Assembly (NCBI GenBank): GCA_048886685.1
Contig: JBHLKM010000002.1
Coordinates: 327,532-391,531 of the forward strand
DNA: 64,000 nt
Direction: 5' to 3'
Origin: Candidatus Hodarchaeota archaeon
GTDB lineage: Archaea; Asgardarchaeota; Lokiarchaeia; Sigyniarchaeales; SOKP01
Position numbers and translations under genes: made by a program. Positions 1 to 9,759 of this stretch are shown here, piece after piece. Position 1 is the first letter of the stretch, and the number at the start of each line of letters is the position of its first letter. The notes below the pieces were generated by a model. It was not told the DNA's origin. It made no database searches and worked only from the letters and a program-made list of their open reading frames with translations.

Positions 1-675
1 CTCTTCTGCAGTTATAGGTGTAGGAAGGTATTCCAACATTATTACTTCACTTCCAAAAGTCGCAAAAATATCTGCAAACTCACATCCAATTACTCCGGCT
101 CCAATTATCAATAATCGATTCGGGATAGTCTTGAAATTAGGATCTAAAATGTCATCACTAGTCAATATTCTCTTATGGTCTACATTAAAATTAGGAATTA
201 AAGCAGGAGATGATCCCGTAGCAATTATAACTCTTTTAGCAAGAATGGTTTCTTCAATATTTTCTCCTTGTATAAAAATTTGAAAACCTAATTCAGAATT
301 TCCTCCAAGAATTTTACCGTGACCCATATAAACATCATTTTTCCAAGATTTTAGAAGATTTGCAATTCCAATACCAAGTTCATTTACTATTTTATTTTTC
401 CTTTCAATAACTTTTTCAAAATTTACTTTAAAATCCTTAATTAAGATTCCAAATTCTTCTGCATCTTGAAGTTTTTCAAGATAATGAGCTGAAGCAAGTA
501 AAGTTTTTGTGGGAATACATCCCCTATTTAAACATGTTCCACCCAAACTATTTTTTTCTATTAATGCTACTTTGGCTCCATATTGTGCAGCTCTAATAGC
601 CGCATGATAACCTCCTGGACCCGCCCCTATTATCGCCAAATCATATTGCTTGTCTGAATTTTCTTCTTTCTGCAT
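1..675 (-). CDS. lpdA: Dihydrolipoamide dehydrogenase (3' end outside window)
   Basis: Manual translation from ATG at 675: MQKEENSDKQYDLAIIGAGPGGYHAAIRAAQ...GGTCLNRGCIPTK (FAD-binding motif and redox disulfide), later IIGAGVIGCEFA NAD-binding motif; open to window edge. Confidence 0.93.
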   Translation of the reverse strand, partial: MQKEENSDKQYDLAIIGAGPGGYHAAIRAAQYGAKVALIEKNSLGGTCLNRGCIPTKTLLASAHYLEKLQDAEEFGILIKDFKVNFEKVIERKNKIVNELGIGIANLLKSWKNDVYMGHGKILGGNSELGFQIFIQGENIEETILAKRVIIATGSSPALIPNFNVDHKRILTSDDILDPNFKTIPNRLLIIGAGVIGCEFADIFATFGSEVIMLEYLPTPITAEE

Positions 676-707
676 TATTAACCCTATAATTAATCGAGAA
701 GATGTTA

Positions 708-1322
708 TTAATTAAAAGAATGTAGAAATTTTGACTTTTGAATGAAAATTGCGTTAGATTTTACGTTAATTTCTTTTAATTGTTTCATTATTTCAACAAA
801 AGTGTTCTCCTTACCGAAATGTACAAATGTTAAATTTTTACTATCTCGATCCTTTATTACGCTCAAAATTTTCTCTACAATTGATTTAGCTCGTATTTGT
901 TGATTTAAATAATGGTTTAGATCCATTAATTCTTTTGAATAATAATCGATCAAATAACTAAGCTCTTGAGCACCTGAAGAATTTTTATCTTTTAATGAAT
1001 TATATGTAGTATTTAATTCATTGTACTTATTCTGAATCTCACTAATTTGACTTGCATAATGTCCTTTTACGTAATATGGTAATTCTATTGTAAAATAGGG
1101 AATTTCAAATTTCTTTAATACGTTTGCTAAATGAGTTCTATTAAATTCTCGTAAGTTCATTTTTCCTAAATCGATTGTAGCGAAATGTACGGGTATATGC
1201 TTAATTTTTCCAATCAATTCTTCAATATTCTCCTCTTTAAGTTTAACATCCAAATCTCTAATTGAATATACTGAAAAATTTTTATCTACTAAAGTTTCGA
1301 ACATTATATTTTTCATGATCAA
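708..1322 (-). CDS. Hypothetical protein
   Basis: 204-aa ORF co-oriented with lpdA, central coiled-coil-like segment; no motif recognised. Confidence 0.6.
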   Translation of the reverse strand: MIMKNIMFETLVDKNFSVYSIRDLDVKLKEENIEELIGKIKHIPVHFATIDLGKMNLREFNRTHLANVLKKFEIPYFTIELPYYVKGHYASQISEIQNKYNELNTTYNSLKDKNSSGAQELSYLIDYYSKELMDLNHYLNQQIRAKSIVEKILSVIKDRDSKNLTFVHFGKENTFVEIMKQLKEINVKSNAIFIQKSKFLHSFN

Positions 1323-1844
1323 TCCATTTTGATTTTTTAATTATTTTATATTTATTATCGAAAAGATCAATTTTTGATCTCTCTTTCAATTATCTTATAT
1401 GTGAATTTCAACAGTAACCCTTTCAATTCCTAATATATATTTGAGACTCGGAATAATAGAAATCAATGAAACTCGGAAAAATTGACCTTTCCAATAAATG
1501 AATATCGATTTACATATATAAATGTTACGAGAATCTGCATCATATTTATGATATCGCGAAGACAATATGATCAAAACTGAAATAGTCATATACGGAATAA
1601 ATCACAAATACCAAAAAATAGCAGGAATTAATAAATTTAATTATCCTCATATAATCATAATCTATAATATGATTCATTTTTCTCACGTTTTTAATTCAAA
1701 ATATAAAAAAAAGGATAACAAAATAGTTTCATTATTAAGAACAGGTGGGAAAAATCAATATACCACGGTAGACTCCTTAAAGAGGTACCTTTGGCACTAT
1801 TTTAGAAATATGTAGAGAACATTTAATTTTTCTACTTAATGACT

Positions 1845-1866
1845 TTTATGAATATATATTCATAAA
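1845..1866. promoter_or_regulatory. Palindromic operator TTTATGAAT-ATAT-ATTCATAAA (TGAAT-N4-ATTCA family)
   Basis: Perfect 22-bp palindrome upstream of the 1942 NifB/NifX gene; core recurs in other promoters of the cluster. Confidence 0.75.
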
Positions 1867-1941
1867 TTATAAATATAAGGAGCTATTTTAATTTAATAAT
1901 TCTTTATAAATGAATAATTATGAATAAAAATAAAGAGAAGT

Positions 1942-2331
1942 GTGAGAAAGATGAATAGGATTATAGGAATTCCTGCTGAAGGAAGAGAATTATCAGATAA
2001 TATATCACCTCACTTTGGGCATTGTCCCTACTTTGTGGGTGTTGAACTTATAGATAACAATAGTTTTAGGAAAATCTTCACCTTGGTTAATGAAGGACAT
2101 GTTGGGTGTATGGAACCTGTCATGAATTTAAAACAAAGAAATGTAACAGATATGATTCTGACAGGAATTGGAATGCGACCATTTTTAGGTTTTCAGCAAG
2201 TTCAAATAAATTTATTCCAAGGAGTAAACGGAAGCATCGAAATAAATTTGAAAATGCTAATCGATGGGCAATTAAAGGTATTAAATGGCGCTAGTTGTGG
2301 GAATCACTCTGAAAATGCTCACACTCATTAA
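1942..2331 (+). CDS. NifB/NifX (dinitrogenase FeMo-cofactor / Orange protein) family protein
   Basis: ISPHFGHCPYF and GIGMRP motifs; His-rich C-terminus. Confidence 0.85.
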   Translation: MRKMNRIIGIPAEGRELSDNISPHFGHCPYFVGVELIDNNSFRKIFTLVNEGHVGCMEPVMNLKQRNVTDMILTGIGMRPFLGFQQVQINLFQGVNGSIEINLKMLIDGQLKVLNGASCGNHSENAHTH

Positions 2332-2365
2332 AAAAATTGTTAGAACTAAAAGAGGATGAAGTTAT

Positions 2366-2875
2366 ATGCCAAGTTTTAAAGAAACATATGAAGCTATTAA
2401 GATAGATTGGAATGCTGGGGAGAAGAACTTTAATATCGAATGTGAAATGTTGCCAAAAGGTATGCAAGTTAAATGTACGATGGGTAATCCCGCAGGGGAT
2501 CCTTTTGAATTAATTATAGATGCCCCTGGTGGATTAGATGGATCAAATAAGGGACCATCACCTTTATTAGTGATTTTGTCTTCTATTGGTGCTTGTATCA
2601 TTGCCGTTACAAGATTTTGGGCAAAAATAATGGATATTAAACTAGAGGAAATGAAAGTTTTTTCACGTGGTCATATTAATTTAGGAGCTATCTTCGGAAT
2701 TGACGATTCAAAACTAGCAGGGTATGATAAACTTGAACCCGTAATAAGAATTAAAGCCAATGCCCCCGAAGAGAAAATTAATGAATTGATGGATAAAGTT
2801 TTCACTCATTGTCCTGTGATTACTAATTTTGGTGGAGCTTCCCCAATTACTCCTAAAGTACAAATAAGAAAATAA
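2366..2875 (+). CDS. OsmC/Ohr-like protein
   Basis: DAPGGLDGSNKGPSP...IGAC and HCPV cysteine pair typical of OsmC/YhfA. Confidence 0.8.
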   Translation: MPSFKETYEAIKIDWNAGEKNFNIECEMLPKGMQVKCTMGNPAGDPFELIIDAPGGLDGSNKGPSPLLVILSSIGACIIAVTRFWAKIMDIKLEEMKVFSRGHINLGAIFGIDDSKLAGYDKLEPVIRIKANAPEEKINELMDKVFTHCPVITNFGGASPITPKVQIRK

Positions 2876-2939
2876 TTTCTTTCAAACTTTTTTTTTTATA
2901 TTCTTATCAAAAAATTAAAGCCAAATATTATCTCTAAAA

Positions 2940-3148
2940 TTAAAATCCAAAAGAAAAACATGTAAATGGTATCAATTTTGTCTTATTAAATGCTTTGTTG
3001 ACCATGGCAAACTTGATCGAAAATGGGGTGAAAATTATTGTTTAGTGGGAAATAAAAATTGCATTAGATATCAAATGGAAGAAGGGGTCAACCCCATCCC
3101 GATAATCTGCTACCTAATGGTGAATTCAAGCGAGATCTTCATTACTAA
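2940..3148 (+). pseudogene. Frameshifted small Cys-rich protein (CKWY..C..KW.ENYC...C.RY.MEE.G..HPDNLLPNG type)
   Basis: Frame 1 TCKWYQFCLIKCFVDHGKLDRKWGENYCLVGNKNCIRYQMEE; shifted frame GQPHPDNLLPNGEFKRDLHY*; no canonical start codon. Confidence 0.6.
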
Positions 3149-3172
3149 CGAAATTATGTAAAAATGTAAATA

Positions 3173-3577
3173 TTAATGATGATGATGGTGCTTATATTCA
3201 TCATCTGCTTCAGTATGAATTTTTTCGACACCATAGCCTTTACCCCCTCCTGGAGAACAAAGACTTTCTCCTCCCTCTAAAGTACCTTCTATTATTTTTT
3301 TAATAACTTCATCAATTTCTCCAGCAACTCCCATAATAACTTCAATCCCATAATCATTAAAGAAACCTACAGCTCTGGGTCCCATACCTCCTGAAATCAT
3401 ATATTTTGCGCCATGTGTATTTACAAATTTAGGTATACTTCCTACAGTATGTCCAGGATTAGGAAAAACTTCTTTTTCTATTACCTCATTATTTTCAATC
3501 GTAATGAAAGTAAACTCTGGAGCTCTACCAAAATGCCCTGAAACTTTTCCTGAATCTGTACTAATACAAATTTTCAT
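3173..3577 (-). CDS. NifB/NifX family protein with C-terminal poly-His tail
   Basis: VSGHFGRAPEF, GGMGPRA; ends KHHHHH. Confidence 0.88.
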   Translation of the reverse strand: MKICISTDSGKVSGHFGRAPEFTFITIENNEVIEKEVFPNPGHTVGSIPKFVNTHGAKYMISGGMGPRAVGFFNDYGIEVIMGVAGEIDEVIKKIIEGTLEGGESLCSPGGGKGYGVEKIHTEADDEYKHHHHH

Positions 3578-3631
3578 TTTTAATCTTCTCCTTTTTTATT
3601 CCAACTCTTCAACGTTTATATTTAAATTTAA

Positions 3632-3645
3632 AGAATGATTATTCA
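3632..3645. promoter_or_regulatory. Operator variant AGAAT-GATT-ATTCA
   Basis: One mismatch to TGAAT-N4-ATTCA; lies in the divergent promoter between the NifX gene and DUF134. Confidence 0.6.
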
Positions 3646-3749
3646 AAAATATATCTATCTCTAGGATATGGCTCTTAATAATATATAAATATAGCTCTTA
3701 TCAATTTATATTATAAACATTAAGATTATAATTTGGTTGGTATTCTACC

Positions 3750-4166
3750 ATGGGAAGAAGAAGACATCGAAGATGGGTTACTCAAACACCTAATAATCTT
3801 TATTTTTCAAGTGAACCACCAACCGAAGATTCCATAACTTTAACTATTGCTGAATTTGAAGCTATGCGTCTTAAACATTATATTGGACTAAATCAGAGAG
3901 TAGCTGCAGAAAAAATGGGAATTAGTCAACCCACATTTTCTAGGATTCTTGAAAGCGCTCATCGTAAAAATACAATTGCCTTACTTGAAGGAAAATCGAT
4001 TAAAGTGTATGGTGGTAGTTTTGATATTAAACCAAAATTCGTAGGATACGAGTGTGTAGATTGTAAACATGAATGGGAAGATGAAGATGCCTCAAAAGAC
4101 AGAAAAGTTAATTGTGTTAAATGTAATTCAAAAAATGTTTACTTTCTTGTTAGAGAACTAATTTAA
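3750..4166 (+). CDS. DUF134 family HTH DNA-binding protein with C-terminal Zn ribbon
   Basis: EFEAMRLKH...QRVAAEKMGISQPTFSRILESAHRK HTH; CVDC...CVKC. Confidence 0.88.
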   Translation: MGRRRHRRWVTQTPNNLYFSSEPPTEDSITLTIAEFEAMRLKHYIGLNQRVAAEKMGISQPTFSRILESAHRKNTIALLEGKSIKVYGGSFDIKPKFVGYECVDCKHEWEDEDASKDRKVNCVKCNSKNVYFLVRELI

Positions 4167-5098
4167 ACTAAGTTAGAATGCCATAATTTTCTTTTTAAAT
4201 TTGAATAAATTTCTTTAATTGCCAGACTTGCTATTGAATCTGGTGCATATTGTACTACAGGTTTGGCAAAAGACATAGCTTTTGGGATTGATAAATCAAA
4301 GGGGATTTTTCCTAAAATTTCATAATTAGTGTCCCTCATGTGCTTACTAAAAGTTTCTTGAAAGGGACTCTTTAAATCTGATTTATTTATTAAGATCCCA
4401 AATGGAAGGTTAAATTGACGAATAACTTCGATTACTCTCAACAAATCATGTAATCCAGAAGGTGTAGGCTCACATATAGTAATAACATAATCTAAATTCG
4501 AAAGGGTTGCAATTACGGGACATCCAATTCCCGGAGGACCATCTATAAATATTAAATTACTTTCATTATATTCATTCAAATTTTTTACTTCTTCTTTAGA
4601 GTCTGAAACTAGTTTTCCAGAGGTCGTGCTTCCTAACTGGGTTTTGCCATATATTAATGGAAATCCCATTTTGCTCGTATAAGATATAATTTCACCACTT
4701 TTTACAGCAGTTATTTTAAAAGCATGCATAGGACATAAAACTTTACAAGATCCACACCCCTCACATTTCAAAAAATCAATTTTAGGTATTGAATTCTGAC
4801 TATCCCATCGTAAAGCATTAAATTCACAGAAATTTTTGTCAATACATTCCTTGCAATTATTACATAGATCTTCTAAAAATTCTGATTTTAGTGTAGTGAA
4901 AGTATCTTTTTGATCTATTTTTGAATCTTCAGCAGGAGGAAGAATTATTGCTAAGTTTGGAGCATCAACATCACAATCTAATACAATAACTTTCATAATT
5001 GAATCTTTTTTGGCGAGACTTGCTAAAGAAGCTGTAATTGAAGTTTTACCCACGCCTCCTTTCCCAGAAACAACCCCAACTATTTTTCTTTCCATCAA
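4163..5098 (-). CDS. MinD/ParA-superfamily ATPase with inserted 4Fe-4S ferredoxin domain
   Basis: SGKGGVGKT, DCDVDAPNL, CEGCGSCKVLCP, DGPPGIGCPV. Confidence 0.88.
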   Translation of the reverse strand: MMERKIVGVVSGKGGVGKTSITASLASLAKKDSIMKVIVLDCDVDAPNLAIILPPAEDSKIDQKDTFTTLKSEFLEDLCNNCKECIDKNFCEFNALRWDSQNSIPKIDFLKCEGCGSCKVLCPMHAFKITAVKSGEIISYTSKMGFPLIYGKTQLGSTTSGKLVSDSKEEVKNLNEYNESNLIFIDGPPGIGCPVIATLSNLDYVITICEPTPSGLHDLLRVIEVIRQFNLPFGILINKSDLKSPFQETFSKHMRDTNYEILGKIPFDLSIPKAMSFAKPVVQYAPDSIASLAIKEIYSNLKRKLWHSNLV

Positions 5099-5120
5099 TT
5101 TAAATCCTTTTTATCAATTA

Positions 5121-6041
5121 TTAATTTAAACTTAGCCACTTTTTTAAATTTTCAAAAATTTTTGTAAATGCTATGAATCCTGCTCCATTATTATCATAAC
5201 CACTATCAATTTCCATAATTGGTGTTCCTTGACAATAAGAATTCACAATATCTGCGTCCAAGGGGATATCACCTAAAATTATAATATTTTCTTTTCGTAA
5301 TTCTTCTAAAAATTGATTTCTAAACCCCAATAATGATGATCTATTTACTATTACCTTACACTCTTTCCCCAATATATTTATCAATTCCATTATTCTCGTT
5401 AAATCTAATTTACCAAATTTTGTAGGTTCTGTAATAGGAATAATTACATCCGCCACATTAATTAACAGTTCTACATCGCAATGTGCTCCTGGAGCAGTAT
5501 CTAAAATGATAACATCGAATTTATTTGGTTCATTTTTTATGAGATTCTCAAGATTTTCCAGAAGTGCTTCTACAATTCCAGCTGATCGAGCTTCTGTAGG
5601 TTTTAATTCTCCAACGAATAGGGTAAGTCCATGAATTTCAGTGGAGTATATCCAACCAAGTGTTTTAAAGTCTGCTTCAATCGCTTTTTCTGGGCATATT
5701 TTATAACATAATCTGCATCCGGAACAAAGTGATGACATTAAGATTGGAATCGAATCATCAATATATAACAAAGCATGATTTGCACAATTTTTAGCACATA
5801 TTCCACATCGAGAACATTTATCTTCATCAATTTTAGGCATGAAAAAAGGGACTTCTCTTTTATTTTCAAGTTTACCATTTAATAGAAGATAAGAATTAGG
5901 ATTTTCTACGTCCCCATCTATGAGAAGTACGTTATATCCTTCATTTTTAAACATTAATGCAATATTAACAGCACATAATGTTTTTCCTGTACCTCCTTTG
6001 CCCCCAGTTATACAGATTATCTTAGGCTTAATCTCAGTCAT
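5121..6041 (-). CDS. MinD/ParA-superfamily ATPase with inserted 2x4Fe-4S domain
   Basis: GGKGGTGKT, CSRCGICAKNC, CSGCRLCYKICP, DTAPGAHC. Confidence 0.88.
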   Translation of the reverse strand: MTEIKPKIICITGGKGGTGKTLCAVNIALMFKNEGYNVLLIDGDVENPNSYLLLNGKLENKREVPFFMPKIDEDKCSRCGICAKNCANHALLYIDDSIPILMSSLCSGCRLCYKICPEKAIEADFKTLGWIYSTEIHGLTLFVGELKPTEARSAGIVEALLENLENLIKNEPNKFDVIILDTAPGAHCDVELLINVADVIIPITEPTKFGKLDLTRIMELINILGKECKVIVNRSSLLGFRNQFLEELRKENIIILGDIPLDADIVNSYCQGTPIMEIDSGYDNNGAGFIAFTKIFENLKKWLSLN

Positions 6042-6081
6042 AAAACTTTCAAATTTAAATCATATTATCTTAAGAATTAGC

Positions 6082-6525
6082 TTATCTTTCTCGATATCCG
6101 CCGCCCATCCTACGACCTCCTCCCATGCCATGGTGAGGTGCTACATTTGCTGAAGTTAATTCCCGTAACTTATCTTCTATGAACAACTTCACGACCTCAT
6201 TTATAGTCATCTTTCTATCTGGAGCATGAAGGACCTTTATATTTAAGGCATTAAGTCCGTTGGCTGCATTTGGCCCTAAGAATCCAGCAATTACTATTTC
6301 AGCATTATTATTGCCAACTATTTGAGTTGCTTGCACACCAGCACCCCCCATAGTACTAGCAGCATGATTTGGAACAGTTTTAACCGCCCTTATTTCTTTA
6401 TCCTCTATTTCAACAAATGTAAAGCTAGCACATCTTCCAAAACGAGGACTCATATCGTCATTCAAACCTCCTTTTCCTATTGAAGGAATTGCTATAACAA
6501 CCATTAACATTTCGACCTTTTTCAT
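6082..6525 (-). CDS. NifB/NifX (Orange protein-like) family protein
   Basis: MSPRFGRCASF, GGAGVQA, GPNA; Gly/Arg-rich tail; true start may be a few codons downstream. Confidence 0.88.
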   Translation of the reverse strand: MKKVEMLMVVIAIPSIGKGGLNDDMSPRFGRCASFTFVEIEDKEIRAVKTVPNHAASTMGGAGVQATQIVGNNNAEIVIAGFLGPNAANGLNALNIKVLHAPDRKMTINEVVKLFIEDKLRELTSANVAPHHGMGGGRRMGGGYRER

Positions 6526-6551
6526 CTATTTTAATTTTAGTAACTTTTTTA

Positions 6552-6575
6552 AATTATGAATAAATATTCATAATT
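6552..6575. promoter_or_regulatory. Palindromic operator AATTATGAAT-AAAT-ATTCATAATT
   Basis: 10-bp inverted repeat in the divergent promoter between the NifX/ATPase operon and the Mrp operon. Confidence 0.78.
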
Positions 6576-6675
6576 ATATAACAATCGATGTTTTATAAAT
6601 TTAACCTATTTTGATTCAATTATTAATAATTGATATAATTAAACTAATTAAACTACCTATATAAAGAAGAAGAGG

Positions 6676-7563
6676 TTGATGTATATTCAAGAAAAAGAAG
6701 TTCCAGATATAGATTTAAAAGAAACCATCAAGGAAGGGAAGCAAAAACAATTAGATACCTTAATGGAATATATTAGTAAAAACATGGAAAAGATTAAATA
6801 TAAAATTGTAGTCATATCAGGCAAAGGTGGGGTAGGAAAAACTACAGTAGCAGTAAACCTTGCTATGAGTTTAGCTAGTATTGGTTTAAGAGTTGGAATT
6901 CTCGATGTAGATATTACAGGTCCAAATGTATTAAAAATGTTGGGAGTTCCTCCAGAGCTTAAACCCAGAGTTGATGCTGAAAAGAAAAGATTTTATCCAA
7001 TCAATGGGCCATTAAATATGAAAGTAATGAGTATGGGATCTCTCATAGAAAACTCAGATTCACCAGTTATATGGAGAGGTCCAATGAAAATGAGTGCTGT
7101 AAGGCAATTCTTAGGTGAAGCAATTTGGGGTGAATTAGACTATTTAATTTGTGATTTACCCCCAGGAACTTCAGATGAAACATTAGATATATTACAATTA
7201 ATCCCAGATGAAAATATAATCGTTGTATCAACTCCCCAAGAGGTGGCCCTTATGGATGCTCGAAAAACAATTAGTATGGCCAGAATCATGGAAAGAAATA
7301 TTTTAGGTATTATTGAAAATATGTCAGGATTTAAATGTCCTCATTGTGGGAAAAATATTGATCTCTATCCCCCTGGAGGTGTTGAAAAGGCTGTAAAAGA
7401 TTTCAACATACTCTTGTTAGGGAAAATTCCCTTTGAATTAGACGTAGGAATTCAGGGTGATAAAGGTTTACCTTTCGTGATAAAAAATTCAAGTAATGAA
7501 AGTGTTAAAGCATTCAAAGATATCGTAAATAATATACGTGGAATATTAGAAAAAAAAATTTAA
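6676..7563 (+). CDS. mrp: Mrp/NBP35 (ApbC) Fe-S cluster carrier ATPase
   Basis: SGKGGVGKT, VIWRGP, DLPPGTSD, ENMS..CPHC. Confidence 0.93.
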   Translation: MMYIQEKEVPDIDLKETIKEGKQKQLDTLMEYISKNMEKIKYKIVVISGKGGVGKTTVAVNLAMSLASIGLRVGILDVDITGPNVLKMLGVPPELKPRVDAEKKRFYPINGPLNMKVMSMGSLIENSDSPVIWRGPMKMSAVRQFLGEAIWGELDYLICDLPPGTSDETLDILQLIPDENIIVVSTPQEVALMDARKTISMARIMERNILGIIENMSGFKCPHCGKNIDLYPPGGVEKAVKDFNILLLGKIPFELDVGIQGDKGLPFVIKNSSNESVKAFKDIVNNIRGILEKKI

Positions 7564-7568
7564 AAAGA

Positions 7569-8036
7569 TTGAGTAAGCCTAAAATGACGCCAGAGGATCT
7601 AGATAAATGGATAGAGGAGCTTCAGAAAGAAATAATAGAAGAAGCAGTATTAAAATACAATGAATATATAGTTCAATTGCTTCAAAATCCAAGAAACTGG
7701 GGGAAACCAAAAAATTCTGAGATAAGCGTCTGGCATGCATACGAGGGTCCATGTGGCGATACCATGCAATTTTTTTTAAAAATTGAGAATAATGTAATTG
7801 AAAAAGCTCATTTTATAACTGACGGTTGCGGAGCGACTGTAGCAGCAGGTAGTCAAACGACAATGATGATAGAAGGAAAACCTTTGGAGTATATCGAAAG
7901 TTTAAAACCAATAGACATAGATAATGCTTTAGGAGGATTACCAAATGACCATAAACATTGTGCTGAATTAGCAATTAGAACGTTAACACGTGCAATTGAG
8001 AAATACAAGTTTCAAAACATCAAAAAGGATTCTTAA
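7569..8036 (+). CDS. NifU/IscU-like Fe-S scaffold
   Basis: Three conserved Cys: GPCGD, TDGCG, HKHCA. Confidence 0.87.
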   Translation: MSKPKMTPEDLDKWIEELQKEIIEEAVLKYNEYIVQLLQNPRNWGKPKNSEISVWHAYEGPCGDTMQFFLKIENNVIEKAHFITDGCGATVAAGSQTTMMIEGKPLEYIESLKPIDIDNALGGLPNDHKHCAELAIRTLTRAIEKYKFQNIKKDS

Positions 8037-8043
8037 GAATAAT

Positions 8044-8979
8044 ATGAAATATATATATGGTCCTGTACCTAGTAGGAGATTAGGGTATTCATTAGGAATT
8101 GATCCAATCCCTTCAAAAACATGTAATTACCAATGTATCTATTGTCAATTAGGAAGAACAACTAACTTTACTAATGTCAGAGAAAATTATTTTCCTAAGA
8201 AAGATATAATTGCTGAAATTGAACAAACTATTAATTCATTTGACGATGAGATAGATTATATAACATTTGTAGGAAGTGGCGAACCCACTCTATATAAAGA
8301 TTTAAAAGATTTAATTTTAAAGGTTAAAGAGCTATCAGAAAAGCCTGTATGTGTGATTACAAATGGAAGTTTGTTTTGTCAAAAAGAAGTTCAAAGAAGT
8401 TTAATGTATTCTGATCTTGTTCTTCCTAGTTTTGATGCTGGAGATGGCAAAACTTTCATAAAAATTAATCGTCCTCATCCCGCTATTCGTTTCGAAAATT
8501 TATTAAAAGGATTGATAAATTTTAGGAAAATTTTTAGGGGGAAGTTTTGGGTAGAAGTGATGTTATTGAAGGGGATGAATGATTCAAAAGAAGAATTATT
8601 AAAAATTAAAAGAAACTTGGACTTGATTAAACCAGATAGAATTGATATCAATGTTCCGATAAGACCTCCTACAGAGAAATGGGTAAGAATTCCTGATGAG
8701 AGTGTAATTTCGATTTTAAATGAAGTATTCGAAGATTATTCCAATATCAATTATCCTGAAAAAGGAAAATTCAGTATTCATTCAGCTAATTTCGAAAAAG
8801 AAATTATATCTATCTTAGAAAGGCATCCAATGAGACAGAATCAGATTATTGAAACCTTTTTATCCTCTAATTTCAACAAAGATAAAATTATCGCAGAGTT
8901 AGAAGCGCTTAAATCTAAAAAAAAAATAATAAAAATTATCTATAATAAAGAAATTTTTTGGAAAATAAAAATAGATTAG
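8044..8979 (+). CDS. Radical SAM Fe-S oxidoreductase (GPVPSRRLG family)
   Basis: MKYIYGPVPSRRLGYSLG, CNYQCIYC, GSGEPT; start placed at ATG 8044 rather than 7990. Confidence 0.88.
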   Translation: MKYIYGPVPSRRLGYSLGIDPIPSKTCNYQCIYCQLGRTTNFTNVRENYFPKKDIIAEIEQTINSFDDEIDYITFVGSGEPTLYKDLKDLILKVKELSEKPVCVITNGSLFCQKEVQRSLMYSDLVLPSFDAGDGKTFIKINRPHPAIRFENLLKGLINFRKIFRGKFWVEVMLLKGMNDSKEELLKIKRNLDLIKPDRIDINVPIRPPTEKWVRIPDESVISILNEVFEDYSNINYPEKGKFSIHSANFEKEIISILERHPMRQNQIIETFLSSNFNKDKIIAELEALKSKKKIIKIIYNKEIFWKIKID

Positions 8980-9014
8980 AAATTAAATTCAAAATTAAAA
9001 ATAATAGAAAGAGT

Positions 9015-9752
9015 ATGATAATATTATTAATCCTGCTTTTTAGCATTATAGGTAGTGTTGGAGCAATAATTACAGCTGGAATCTTTTTAATGCTTAAAAA
9101 TAAAATACAGGAGGCACTTATACCCTGCTTAATTTCTTATGCAATTGGTACTTTACTAACGGCAGCATTATTAGGGATGATACCAAAAGCTTTATCCAAT
9201 AGCAATCCTACATTAACTATGCTATTCGTTTTAATTGGGATTATTAGTTTCTTCCTTCTTGAAAAAACTGTGATTTGGCATCATTGTCATAATCGCGAAT
9301 GTGAATTACATAGCGCTCCAGGACCTATTCTTCTGATTGGAGATTCACTTCATAATTTTATGGATGGTGTCGTTATTGCAGCTAGTTTTTTAATTTCACC
9401 TTCTATTGGTGTGATTGTTGGTCTCTCAGTTGTAACTCATGAAATTCCTCAAGAAATTGGTGATTTTGCCATACTTCTTGATAGCGGTTATTCAAAAAAG
9501 AAAGCCTTTCTTTTTAATTCCTTATCCAGTTCAAGTACTATTCCCGCTGCACTTATTAGTTATTATATTTTAGATATTATTAGTACATTAATTCCCTTTT
9601 TCTTGGCAATTTCAGCAGCGAGTTTTATTTATATTGCTTTAACTGATCTGACACCAAATTTACATCGAAAAGTAGGATCGAAATATGCTATCACACAAAC
9701 TACCTTAATTATTGCTGGAATTGGAACAATTATTTTAATTCTTTCATTATAA
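9015..9752 (+). CDS. ZIP-family metal transporter
   Basis: HHCH loop, GDSLHNFMDG, HEIPQEIGDF; multiple TM helices; likely start ATG 9015. Confidence 0.9.
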   Translation: MIILLILLFSIIGSVGAIITAGIFLMLKNKIQEALIPCLISYAIGTLLTAALLGMIPKALSNSNPTLTMLFVLIGIISFFLLEKTVIWHHCHNRECELHSAPGPILLIGDSLHNFMDGVVIAASFLISPSIGVIVGLSVVTHEIPQEIGDFAILLDSGYSKKKAFLFNSLSSSSTIPAALISYYILDIISTLIPFFLAISAASFIYIALTDLTPNLHRKVGSKYAITQTTLIIAGIGTIILILSL

Positions 9753-9759
9753 TATTATT

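Noticed and set aside
1395-1815. Short ORFs 1395-1589 (-) and 1567-1815 (+)
   Set aside because: Low-complexity AT-rich chance ORFs with no motif
1942-6525. NifB/NifX genes as evidence of nitrogen fixation
   Set aside because: No nifHDK/ENB genes; the family is common in non-diazotrophic anaerobes
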